Part shown: piece by piece, positions 18,461-26,469 of the stretch
Position numbering within the stretch: the first letter of the stretch is position 1
Layout: every line of letters starts with the position of its first letter
Assembly: GCA_035510155.1 (NCBI GenBank)
Contig: DATKHR010000076.1
Location: 1-59,568, forward strand
Length of the DNA stretch: 59,568 nt
Source: Vicinamibacterales bacterium
Lineage (GTDB): Bacteria; Acidobacteriota; Vicinamibacteria; Vicinamibacterales; CAVVIG01
Reading direction: 5' to 3'
Translations under genes and position numbers: made by a program
The notes under the pieces: model-generated
What the model was told of the DNA's origin: nothing
Database searches by the model: none
What the model saw: the letters and a program-made list of their open reading frames with translations, nothing else

Positions 18461-19764
18461 CAGGACACCGCGATCGGCTCGCATCCCGCGGCCGCAAGAT
18501 CGTTTCGGCCGCGCGGGACGATGCTGAGGGTTACGCGCGCGGAGGGATCGAGATAGCGTGAAGCAGCCTGGCGCATGGAGCCGGGCGTGACATCGCGATA
18601 GCGCGCCAGGTCGCGATCGAAATACGACGGGTCGCCTTTAAAGACATTGTAAGCGTTGAGCTGGTCGGATTTTCCGCCAAAGCCGCCCACTGTCTGGAGG
18701 CGGAAGATGAACTGCGACTCGGCTTGAGTGTGCCCGCGGTCCATCTCATCATCTGTGGGTCCATCTGTGACGAGACGACGGATCTCGTCGAGCACGGCCG
18801 CTTCAAGCTCGTCGAGCCCGTGGCCTGGCGCCGCGGTAGCCACGACCTGTGTATAGCCCCCGATCTCCCGTGAATTCTGCGCGGCGGACACGTCGGTCGC
18901 GCTTCGCTCCTCGAAAACCAGGCGGCGGTACAGCCTCGATGTCTTGCCATTGGCGAGGAGATCGTTTGCCAGGTCGAGGTCCGCGTCGCCCTCCGCGAAC
19001 ATTGCGGGCGTCGGCCACGCCATGTATATCCGCGGCAGCTCCACCCGATCCTCGAGCGAGTACCGGCCCTCGCGCGGCCGGGACGACGGGGCATTCACGG
19101 CAGGGACGAGCTCTCCCGGCGGGATCTCACCGAAGTACCGATCCACGAGCGCGAGCGCGTCGCCCGGATCGACATCGCCCGCGATCGCGATCGAAGCGTT
19201 CGCCGGATGATAGTAACGCTGAAAGAACGCGCGCACGTCGTCAAGGCGCGCGGCCTGCAGGTCGGCGATCTCGCCGATCGTCGTCCAGCGATACGGGTGG
19301 TCCGGCGGGAACACCGCGGCCAGCATTGCCATTGGGGCGAGCCCGTACGGTCTGTTCTCGTAGTTCTGCCGCCGCTCGTTCAACACGACGTCACGCTGGT
19401 TGGTGAACTTGGCCTCGGTCAGCGCCGGCAGCAGATAGCCCATGCGGTCCGACTCCATCCACAGCGCGAGCTCCAGGGCGTTGGACGGCACGACTTCCCA
19501 ATAGTTCGTACGGTCGGCGTTGGTCGATCCGTTGAGTGTGCCGCCGGCGCCTTGCAGCGGCTGGAAATAGCTCTGGTCATGGTGCGCAGATCCTTCGAAC
19601 ATCAAGTGCTCGAAGAGGTGGGCGAAGCCGGTGCGGCCCGGCTGCTCATTCTTGGATCCGACGTGATACCAGATGTTGACGGCAACAATCGGGCAGGCGT
19701 GGTCCTCGTGGATCAAGACGTCGAGGCCGTTGGCGAGAGTGTGCTTGATGAAGGAGAGTGGCAT
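18460..19764 (-). CDS. M16-family zinc peptidase (catalytic subunit)
   Basis: 434 aa with the inverted zincin motif HLFEHLMFEG. Confidence 0.9.
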   Translation of the reverse strand: MPLSFIKHTLANGLDVLIHEDHACPIVAVNIWYHVGSKNEQPGRTGFAHLFEHLMFEGSAHHDQSYFQPLQGAGGTLNGSTNADRTNYWEVVPSNALELALWMESDRMGYLLPALTEAKFTNQRDVVLNERRQNYENRPYGLAPMAMLAAVFPPDHPYRWTTIGEIADLQAARLDDVRAFFQRYYHPANASIAIAGDVDPGDALALVDRYFGEIPPGELVPAVNAPSSRPREGRYSLEDRVELPRIYMAWPTPAMFAEGDADLDLANDLLANGKTSRLYRRLVFEERSATDVSAAQNSREIGGYTQVVATAAPGHGLDELEAAVLDEIRRLVTDGPTDDEMDRGHTQAESQFIFRLQTVGGFGGKSDQLNAYNVFKGDPSYFDRDLARYRDVTPGSMRQAASRYLDPSARVTLSIVPRGRNDLAAAGCEPIAVS

Positions 19765-19876
19765 GGTTCAGCAGCGCTCAGCTGTTGACTTCGGCACAAG
19801 CGTTGGACGATCAGCTTTCAGCTACCCGACTTCTTGTCGCAGGCGTCGAGCGACAGGCGGGGATTCGCGCCGCCCG

Positions 19877-20956
19877 TCATCGCACCACCGTCAAGGGGAT
19901 CGTCGGGCGGTTGTAGCTCGCGATTGACACTTGCGCCGCGGTGCGTTCCGCCGCCGCCATGAACGCCCGCGCCGCCGACGACTCGGGCTCGCTGATCATC
20001 AGAGGGATGCCGATATCGCTGCCCTCGCGAATCGGCTGATAGATCGGAATCCGCCCGATGAACGGCACGCCGAGATCCGCCGCCATCTTCTCGCCGCCGC
20101 CGCGACCGAAGATATCCGCCTCGTGCGCGCAGTTGGGGCACACGAAGTAGCTCATGTTCTCGATGACGCCGAGAGGCGAAATGTTCAACTTCTTGTACAT
20201 CGCGACGGCACGCCGGGTATCGGCGAGCGACACCTGCTGCGGCGTCGTGACGACAATGGCGCCGGCGACGGGCACGGTCTGGCTGAGGCTGAGCGCGATG
20301 TCGCCGGTGCCCGGCGGGAGATCGACCACGAGGTAGTCCAGATCGACCCAGCGGACCTCGCGAAAAAACTGCTGCAGCGCCCCGTGGAGCATCGGCCCGC
20401 GCCAGATGATTGGCGCGTCGTCACCGGTCAAGAATCCCATCGAGATGATCTGCAGACCGAACTTCTCGGCCGGAACGATCTTCTGGCCGTCGGTCACGAG
20501 CTGTGCCTTCATGCCGAGCATGATCGGCACGTTCGGACCGTAGATATCCCCGTCGATGAGGCCGACTCTGCTGCCGCACTTGGCGAGCGCAATTGCCAGG
20601 TTGACCGCTACGGTGGTCTTCCCCACGCCGCCCTTGCCGGCACCGACCGCGATCACGTTCTTCACGCCGGGCACGGCCTGGCGGGAGCCGTCTGCGCCGA
20701 CCGCCTCGCGCACTCGGGCGCTCATCTTCACGTCGACCGACGTGACGCCTGGCAGCTGCATGACCGCCGCGCGCGCCTGATCGCGCATCTGATCCTTCAC
20801 AGGACACGCGGGCGTTGTCAGCTCAATCGTCAACGCGACGCGACCCTGATCGATGGCGAGGTCCTTCACGAATCCGAGGCTGACGATGTCGCGATTGAGA
20901 TCGGGATCCCTGACGACCTTCAGGGCCTCGAGGACGCTGCCACGCTCGACTCGCAT
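19877..20956 (-). CDS. apbC: Mrp/NBP35/ApbC-family Fe-S cluster carrier ATPase
   Basis: N-terminal DUF59-like VRDPDLNRDIVSLGFV, deviant Walker A GKGGVGKTT, and C-terminal CPNC. ATG 20956 is codon 137 of the track ORF. Confidence 0.9.
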   Translation of the reverse strand: MRVERGSVLEALKVVRDPDLNRDIVSLGFVKDLAIDQGRVALTIELTTPACPVKDQMRDQARAAVMQLPGVTSVDVKMSARVREAVGADGSRQAVPGVKNVIAVGAGKGGVGKTTVAVNLAIALAKCGSRVGLIDGDIYGPNVPIMLGMKAQLVTDGQKIVPAEKFGLQIISMGFLTGDDAPIIWRGPMLHGALQQFFREVRWVDLDYLVVDLPPGTGDIALSLSQTVPVAGAIVVTTPQQVSLADTRRAVAMYKKLNISPLGVIENMSYFVCPNCAHEADIFGRGGGEKMAADLGVPFIGRIPIYQPIREGSDIGIPLMISEPESSAARAFMAAAERTAAQVSIASYNRPTIPLTVVR

Positions 20957-20986
20957 AGCTTCAAGGATATCGTACACTCGCGCGCC

Positions 20987-21334
20987 ATGCCGGAATCGAC
21001 CGTTTCTCCGAATCGAAGCCTGATGATCGTGCTCGCCTACCTCTGGGTTCTGGCGCTTATTCCGTTGCTCGCGGAGAAACAAGATCACGAGGTGCAGTGG
21101 CACGCGAAGCACGGCCTGGTGCTGATGGGGACAGAGCTGGTGCTGATCGTCGCGTACGTCCTGATGACGACCGTCATCAGCCTTGCGACGTTCGGGCTGG
21201 GCTGCGCCCTCAGCCTTCTTCTCGTGTTCGCGTGGGTTGGCATCCTCGTCCTCCATGCGGCGGCCATTCTGAAGGGCGTCAATGGCGGACGCCTTCTGAT
21301 TCCGAGGATCAGCGAGTACGCGGAACGCTTTTGA
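20987..21334 (+). CDS. Small integral membrane protein (DUF4870/Tic20-like by recollection)
   Basis: This is the C-terminal 115 codons of the 467-aa track ORF; the rest is antisense shadow of apbC. It has three hydrophobic helices. An alternative ATG lies at 21023. Confidence 0.6.
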   Translation: MPESTVSPNRSLMIVLAYLWVLALIPLLAEKQDHEVQWHAKHGLVLMGTELVLIVAYVLMTTVISLATFGLGCALSLLLVFAWVGILVLHAAAILKGVNGGRLLIPRISEYAERF

Positions 21335-21369
21335 GCGAAGTTTCTCTGCGGACCTTTGTGACAAGCCCG

Positions 21370-21660
21370 ATGACGACCTGGCTCCGCCGGCGACTGATTG
21401 AGCTGCTGCCGCTGGCGCTCTTGATTGGAGTCGCCCTGAACGCGCAATCGGTCGCGCTCACCGCCATTCACCTGTATCAGCGAGCGCTCTCGCCGGTGGC
21501 GGCGCGCGCGGGCCTGAGCTGCCGGTTCACGCCGACGTGCAGCAGGTTCGCGGAGGTCGTCATCGAGCGCGAGGGCGTTGTTCGCGGAGGGTGGCGAGCG
21601 CTCAGGCGGATCACGCGCTGCAATCCGTGGACCGAGATGGGGACACCGGATGAGCCGTAG
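21370..21660 (+). CDS. yidD: Membrane protein insertion efficiency factor YidD
   Basis: IHLYQRALSP...CRFTPTCSRFAEVVIEREG...RRITRCNPW is the YidD signature. An N-terminal TM extension is present. Confidence 0.8.
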   Translation: MTTWLRRRLIELLPLALLIGVALNAQSVALTAIHLYQRALSPVAARAGLSCRFTPTCSRFAEVVIEREGVVRGGWRALRRITRCNPWTEMGTPDEP

Positions 21661-21690
21661 CCGGATGTGATCTGCGACGCGGCTTCGCTG

Positions 21691-22077
21691 TCAAGCGTCC
21701 GGCAGGAACAGGCGTTTTCCGCGTTCGTTCAGGAGGATCCAGAGCGCGTAGATGCCGAGCGCGGTGCCGTAAGGCAACAACACAAGGTCAACGGATCCCA
21801 GGATCAGCGCCATGATGCGCCCCCACGGCCGCCGTCGCCGCAGCGGAAAGCCGACGACAATGTGTGCGGCGCCCCAGAGGATGGCAATGATGGCGAGCAG
21901 CGTGAAGATGGCGGCCGTGACGCTGGCGGCTACCTGACCACTTGCGCCGCCGCGACCTGCGGACGTGATGATCGCGACCGCACCGATGCCGAGCGCCAGC
22001 GTCGACAGACCGATCAACGTCGTCAACAGTCCCCAAACGATGAAGAGCACGCCTAGAAACTCTACTTGCGTCGCCAT
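21691..22077 (-). CDS. Integral membrane protein, unknown function
   Basis: 128 aa with four hydrophobic segments and good G/C third-position bias. The ATG at 22077 is preceded directly by the heptamer array and has no SD. Confidence 0.6.
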   Translation of the reverse strand: MATQVEFLGVLFIVWGLLTTLIGLSTLALGIGAVAIITSAGRGGASGQVAASVTAAIFTLLAIIAILWGAAHIVVGFPLRRRRPWGRIMALILGSVDLVLLPYGTALGIYALWILLNERGKRLFLPDA

Positions 22078-22079
22078 TC

Positions 22080-22177
22080 GATTGCGGATTGCGGGTTGCG
22101 GATTGCAGATCGAGGGCTGCGGAATGTGGATTGAGGATTGTGGATTGCGGAGTGAAGATTGAGGATTGGAAATTGTG
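22080..22177 (+). repeat. Degenerate heptanucleotide tandem array, 14 units (consensus GATTGNG on the plus strand)
   Basis: Read in register: gattgcg gattgcg ggttgcg gattgca gatcgag ggctgcg gaatgtg gattgag gattgtg gattgcg gagtgaa gattgag gattgga aattgtg. Confidence 0.9.
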
Positions 22178-22188
22178 GTTCTGGAAAC

Positions 22189-22590
22189 TCAGATCGCGGC
22201 CGGGCGGATGACCACGCGAACTTCGACGCGAACAGCGGGGGCATCAGGTGAGCAGAGACGAAAGCGGAGGCGGGCCCCGTCGGCCACGCCCGGGGGCACG
22301 GACACACGGACGGCGTGGTGCGCCAACGATTCTCCGGTCCCGAGACAGCGGGGGCACGCCTCGGCCCAGGTTTCACCGCGGCCGCCGCACGACGGGCACG
22401 TCGCTCTAACGGGCACCTCAAGCGGCACGATGTGACCCTTCCGGGCCTCGAACTTCGAAACCGACACTTCGGCCAGGAGGACGTCCTGGTCCGCGCGCTC
22501 GCCAAGAAAGCGATCGCGCATGCGTTCAACAACCCGTCCCACGGAAGGGAAGTCGATGTCAATTTCGTCCGCGAAACACTCGTGCGGCAT
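22189..22590 (-). CDS. J-domain-less DnaJ-like protein (CXXCXGXG zinc finger plus DnaJ C-terminal-type beta domain)
   Basis: CPSCGGRG and CPRCLGTG zinc-finger repeats, followed by VRVSVPPGVADGARLRF. Start set at ATG 22590 (MPHECF...); the track start at 22671 is also possible. Confidence 0.6.
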   Translation of the reverse strand: MPHECFADEIDIDFPSVGRVVERMRDRFLGERADQDVLLAEVSVSKFEARKGHIVPLEVPVRATCPSCGGRGETWAEACPRCLGTGESLAHHAVRVSVPPGVADGARLRFRLCSPDAPAVRVEVRVVIRPAAI

Positions 22591-22603
22591 GTGAGCGCAA
22601 TTA

Positions 22604-22632
22604 ACGATAGAAGTGGGTTTCACGCTTGTCAA
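22604..22632 (-). promoter_or_regulatory. Sigma-70-like promoter TTGACA-17 nt-TATCGT
   Basis: The minus strand reads CTTGACAAGCGTGAAACCCACTTCTATCGTTAATTGCGCTCACATG. The -10 ends 13 nt before ATG 22590. Confidence 0.35.
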
Positions 22633-22909
22633 GACAGGGGCGGGATGTCTGATGGCGTTGACATCCGACAAGAATCATGCCCTGACGAGAACCTTGCAAG
22701 TGACGGAAAGATGAGTTTCGTGAACGTCAGAACGTCGTGCGTGTGTCCGGCAATACGAATGCCATGATGATCACATTCGAGGGCCGCCTCCGCCTGGACA
22801 CACCGCCGCCCGCTCGGACACACCTTATGCGACCGCGTGAATGGCTGCGACTATTTCGAGGAGGCCGAAGAGCGAACCTGACGAACGGTCGAGGAAGACC
22901 GGCGCACGC

Positions 22910-23131
22910 TCAGCGCGCGCCGATCGTCAGCAGAACTTCTTTGCGGAGCGTGTCTTCGAACTCGGCAAACTTCAATTCTGTTTCGCACTCATCGCACAGG
23001 ACTTCGAACACCGCGGGCCGGCTCTCCTCGGTTACTTCGACGCGGCCACCGTCGACGCTTACTACATGCATCTGCAGCGTTTTGACCTGAAAATTCCGGT
23101 CATTGCCGCAGTTGGGACAGGTCAACGTCAC
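22910..23131 (-). CDS. Small (73 aa) zinc-ribbon protein
   Basis: CPNCG...CDEC cysteine pairs. GTG start with AGGAG 8 nt upstream. Codon bias is coding-like. Confidence 0.6.
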   Translation of the reverse strand: MTLTCPNCGNDRNFQVKTLQMHVVSVDGGRVEVTEESRPAVFEVLCDECETELKFAEFEDTLRKEVLLTIGAR

Positions 23132-23219
23132 TTAACACTCCTTCGACTCTTCGATTCTATGCAATGGCCACGCCCCGGCGCAATGCAAATATGGCCGAAA
23201 TCTGCTAGATTCGTGCAGG

Positions 23220-23390
23220 ATGGGGTCGGAATCCTTCCAAATTCACAGCTCGGCACGCGGTCCGCATTGGATTGCCTGGGTCAGCCGCGATGGCAGCGGC
23301 AAGCCCGACGGTGGCGTCGTGCTGGTCGCCGGGAACAAAGAAGAGGCCGAAGCGCGAGCCGAGCGCTGGGCTCGGCGGCAGGGGACGTGA
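23220..23390 (+). CDS. Unlisted small ORF (56 aa) MGSESFQIHSSARGPHWIAWVSRDGSGKPDGGVVLVAGNKEEAEARAERWARRQGT
   Basis: Read directly from the sequence; it is below the track's length cutoff. Third positions are G/C-rich. The pattern is shared with the small ORF at 31342..31572. Confidence 0.45.
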   Translation: MGSESFQIHSSARGPHWIAWVSRDGSGKPDGGVVLVAGNKEEAEARAERWARRQGT

Positions 23391-23406
23391 TTCGGAATCG
23401 GGTGAA

Positions 23407-26400
23407 CTACTCGGAACTTAACGGTCCGAAGTCGTCGACGAGTGTTGCCGTGACCGGCGGCAACGGCAGGCGTCGCGGCTCGCCGTCCCAGCGAGGCGCC
23501 CCGATCACGTGTCGGACGCCACTCGGCCCTGTCCAGCAAGGCTGCTCCCCGCGCGCGGCGACAACAAACAGGTTCTTCAACTCGTCGGGAAGTACGTCGG
23601 CGAGGCTGCCGCGCCCCGCGCGACACCTGCCTTCCTGAACCGTTGCGGAGAGGTACAACCGATCGCGCGCTCGCGTGAGCGCAACATAAAGAAGGCGTTT
23701 GGTCTCTTCCCGCTCGCGAGCCGACGCATCCTCGTCCGCTTCGGACTGATAGTCGGCGATGGCGACGAACGCGTCGCCTCCGGCTTCGGCAACACGAATC
23801 GGGGGGCGGATGGCGCCGGTGCCACGGCCCATGTTGACGACGAAGACGATCGGAAACTCGAGGCCCTTTGCGGCGTGCACCGTCATCAGGCTCACGGCGT
23901 CCACCGCGTCAATCGCGGCATTCGATTCATCACCGAGGGCGAGCCGCTCGAGGTAGTCCGCAAGCCGCGACAACGTCGCGTATCCGCGGTTCTGCGCGCG
24001 GCGGATCATGGCGCGGAACTTCTTGAGGTTCTCTCGTGCTTGCCGGCGGCGCGTTCCGCGCAGCTCGTAGGCGTAGGCGGTCTCGCGGATCACAGCGTCG
24101 AGAAGGTCGGACGGCGGCTGCCTGTCAACGCGCGCGAGCCACTCGGGAACACAAGCGCGCAGCAGATCCAGCACGCGCCGATCCTCTGTGCTCAGCCTTA
24201 CTCGGTTTGCATTGGCAGGCCACGACGGGTCGAGGATCGCGTCGGCCACGCGCGGAGACAGCGCGGCGAGGGCGTCATCGGACAGCCGCACGAAGCGCGA
24301 TCTCAGAAACGATGACGCCGCGAGGTCGGAAAGCGGATCGGCAAGGTACCGAAGCAAAGCGACAGCATCCTGCACCTCGTCGGAGTCGAAGAAGCCGAGG
24401 CCCTTGTAAACGTAGGTCGGGACGCCACGGCGGGAGAGGGCCGCCTCGAATTCCCGGTGACTGTCGCGCGATCGAAAGAGAATCCCGACATCGGCTGGCC
24501 GCGCGACACGACGCAACCCTGTCAGCCGATCGCGGACGAATGAACCTGACAACAGGGCGACGATTTCGTCCGCCGCTCGATCGGCGGCTTGGCTCACCGA
24601 CTCGCCTACGATCACCGCGAGTGGGGCCGACGAGCCAGCGGAAACAGGAAGGGCAGGATGGGCCTGGAGGGCGGGAGCGGCGGGGCATGCCGAGAAGGAA
24701 GGAGGGGCAATCGGGAAGCGGTCGCGCTCGTCGTAAAGAAATGCATCGCGACGGTTATCACTTGGAGAGCTCCCCTCCGCCGGTAGCGGCGCCCTGCCGG
24801 GGGTCACAATTGCGGCGCACACGTCGTTCACGAACGAGAGAATCTCGGGCGCTGATCGGAAGCTGACCGTAATCGCCCGCCGCGGCTGGCTCGCCGGCCG
24901 GAGCCCTTCGATGAACGCCGCCGCATCCTCGACGAGCCCGACATCCGCGTCGCGAAACCCGTAGATTGACTGTTTACGGTCGCCGACGATGAAGATCGAG
25001 GGCGCGATCGCGTCGGCAGCGGCACCCATGCCTTCGCCCCACGTCTTGACCAGCTGCCGCACCAGCTCCCACTGCGCGCGGCTCGTGTCCTGAAATTCGT
25101 CGAGGAGCACATGCCGGTGGCGGGTCTCGAGGCGAAGGCGACTCTCAGCGAACTCGTCGAGGTCCCTCAACAGCTTGACCGCCCGCTCGAGGACGCCGGG
25201 AAAATCGAGCAGCGCATGCGATTCGAGCGCGCGCTCGTATTGCCGCAGGGCGATCGCGAAGACGCGCCATACGCCGCGTGACATCACGACGTTCAGGTCG
25301 CGGCGGAGGCTGCGGATCGCTTCGGCAACGGACGGCGCAATGGCGGCCGCCGTCCGGCGGTGGCGCTTCCATGCGTCTTCGGTCCGGCAGTCGGTGGCGT
25401 TGAAACCAGTCCCGGCAAAGTGCCTGCCGCGCGGGTCACCGTCCTGCTTCAGAAAGTACGCGCGGAGGCGATCGATGAAGTTGCGGAAGGCGGCTTGTTC
25501 TTCGCGGCGTGAGAACGAAAGGGCATCATCGTCAGGCGAGAGCGGCGTGACGAGACCTGCAATGTCGGCGGCCAGCATCGCAAAGGGCGGGCGCTCAGTT
25601 GGCCCGTCGCTCAAGAAGGCCTGGAGGCCGCGGGCCTCAAAGCGGGAGCGTGCTGCGGAGCCAAGGCGTGGCGCGGGAATCGATAGAAAGATCTCGCGCA
25701 GCCGGCCGGCGGCGTTGCGACACGCGACTGCGGCCGTGAGATCTTTCGGGCCCGCAGCAAGGTAGCGGCGGAGCACGCGCGGGGCGACGAGGCGGCGGTC
25801 GATGAGCGCCGCGATGCCGCTTCGAAGGCGGCGCTCGCCCAGCTGGGCAAACAGAAGCGCGACGTCGTCGTCTTCCGCGGCGATGCTGCGGCACATGCGG
25901 AAGGCACGATCGAGGGACTCCTCCATCAGGCGCGGCACGTCGGTGTCGGCAGCCAGCTCGAATCCCGGATCGACGTCCGCCTCGAGCGGGAACTCGCGCA
26001 AGAGCGAGAGGCAGAACGCGTCGATCGTGGAAATGGCGATATCGCCGAGGCGCGATTTCAACTCACGCCATCGACGACGGTCGAGCTCTGACAGACGGCT
26101 CTCTTCGCTCAAGCGATCGACGATGCGCTGCCGCATTTCGGCCGCTGCCTTGCGCGTGAACGTAATCGCCAGGATGTTCTCCGGGTCGACGCCGGCGCGT
26201 AGGAGGTTGACGTAACGCTCGACGAGAATGCGCGTCTTCCCCGTGCCAGCCGAAGCCTCGAGGACGATGTTCTGCGTGGGATCGACGGCGGCAGAGCGGG
26301 CGTCCTGGTCAGAAAGTGATTCAGGATTTGGGATTAGGGACTCGGAATTTGGAATCTGGGACTCTGAAGTCGCGATCTGGATTGCCACGCCGCCGCGCTG

Positions 26401-26469
26401 CGGATCCGGATCCGCTTGCGTGCCGGGGTCGTCGTCGAATGGCAGCCGAAGCTCAGACGTCACCGACAT
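23407..26469 (-). CDS. UvrD/AddA-like superfamily-1 helicase without a recognisable C-terminal nuclease domain
   Basis: Walker A EASAGTGKTR, DEFQDT and LLYVALTRARDRLYLS. The protein ends about 90 aa after motif VI. ATG 26469 overlaps the upstream gene end by 17 nt. No canonical start exists downstream of the heptamer array. Confidence 0.85.
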   Translation of the reverse strand: MSVTSELRLPFDDDPGTQADPDPQRGGVAIQIATSESQIPNSESLIPNPESLSDQDARSAAVDPTQNIVLEASAGTGKTRILVERYVNLLRAGVDPENILAITFTRKAAAEMRQRIVDRLSEESRLSELDRRRWRELKSRLGDIAISTIDAFCLSLLREFPLEADVDPGFELAADTDVPRLMEESLDRAFRMCRSIAAEDDDVALLFAQLGERRLRSGIAALIDRRLVAPRVLRRYLAAGPKDLTAAVACRNAAGRLREIFLSIPAPRLGSAARSRFEARGLQAFLSDGPTERPPFAMLAADIAGLVTPLSPDDDALSFSRREEQAAFRNFIDRLRAYFLKQDGDPRGRHFAGTGFNATDCRTEDAWKRHRRTAAAIAPSVAEAIRSLRRDLNVVMSRGVWRVFAIALRQYERALESHALLDFPGVLERAVKLLRDLDEFAESRLRLETRHRHVLLDEFQDTSRAQWELVRQLVKTWGEGMGAAADAIAPSIFIVGDRKQSIYGFRDADVGLVEDAAAFIEGLRPASQPRRAITVSFRSAPEILSFVNDVCAAIVTPGRAPLPAEGSSPSDNRRDAFLYDERDRFPIAPPSFSACPAAPALQAHPALPVSAGSSAPLAVIVGESVSQAADRAADEIVALLSGSFVRDRLTGLRRVARPADVGILFRSRDSHREFEAALSRRGVPTYVYKGLGFFDSDEVQDAVALLRYLADPLSDLAASSFLRSRFVRLSDDALAALSPRVADAILDPSWPANANRVRLSTEDRRVLDLLRACVPEWLARVDRQPPSDLLDAVIRETAYAYELRGTRRRQARENLKKFRAMIRRAQNRGYATLSRLADYLERLALGDESNAAIDAVDAVSLMTVHAAKGLEFPIVFVVNMGRGTGAIRPPIRVAEAGGDAFVAIADYQSEADEDASAREREETKRLLYVALTRARDRLYLSATVQEGRCRAGRGSLADVLPDELKNLFVVAARGEQPCWTGPSGVRHVIGAPRWDGEPRRLPLPPVTATLVDDFGPLSSE
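26318..26387 (+). repeat. Degenerate heptanucleotide tandem array, about 10 units (consensus GATTNGG), inside the helicase coding sequence
   Basis: gattcag gatttgg gattagg gactcgg aatttgg aatctgg gactctg aagtcgc gatctgg attgcca. It is translated on the minus strand as ...ATSESQIPNSESLIPNPESLS... Confidence 0.85.

Noticed and set aside
22080-22177. G-quadruplex or telomere-like function for the GG-every-7-nt arrays.
   Set aside because: The G-tracts are only 2-3 nt long and lie on the strand that is not transcribed into the local mRNAs. Nothing in the sequence supports this beyond periodicity, so it remains speculation.
22062-22562. 166-aa ORF whose C-terminus reads ...SAIHNPQSTFRSPRSAIRNPQSAIEWRRK.
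   Set aside because: The C-terminus is a translation of the heptanucleotide array, and the rest is out of frame within the DnaJ-like gene. It is not a gene.
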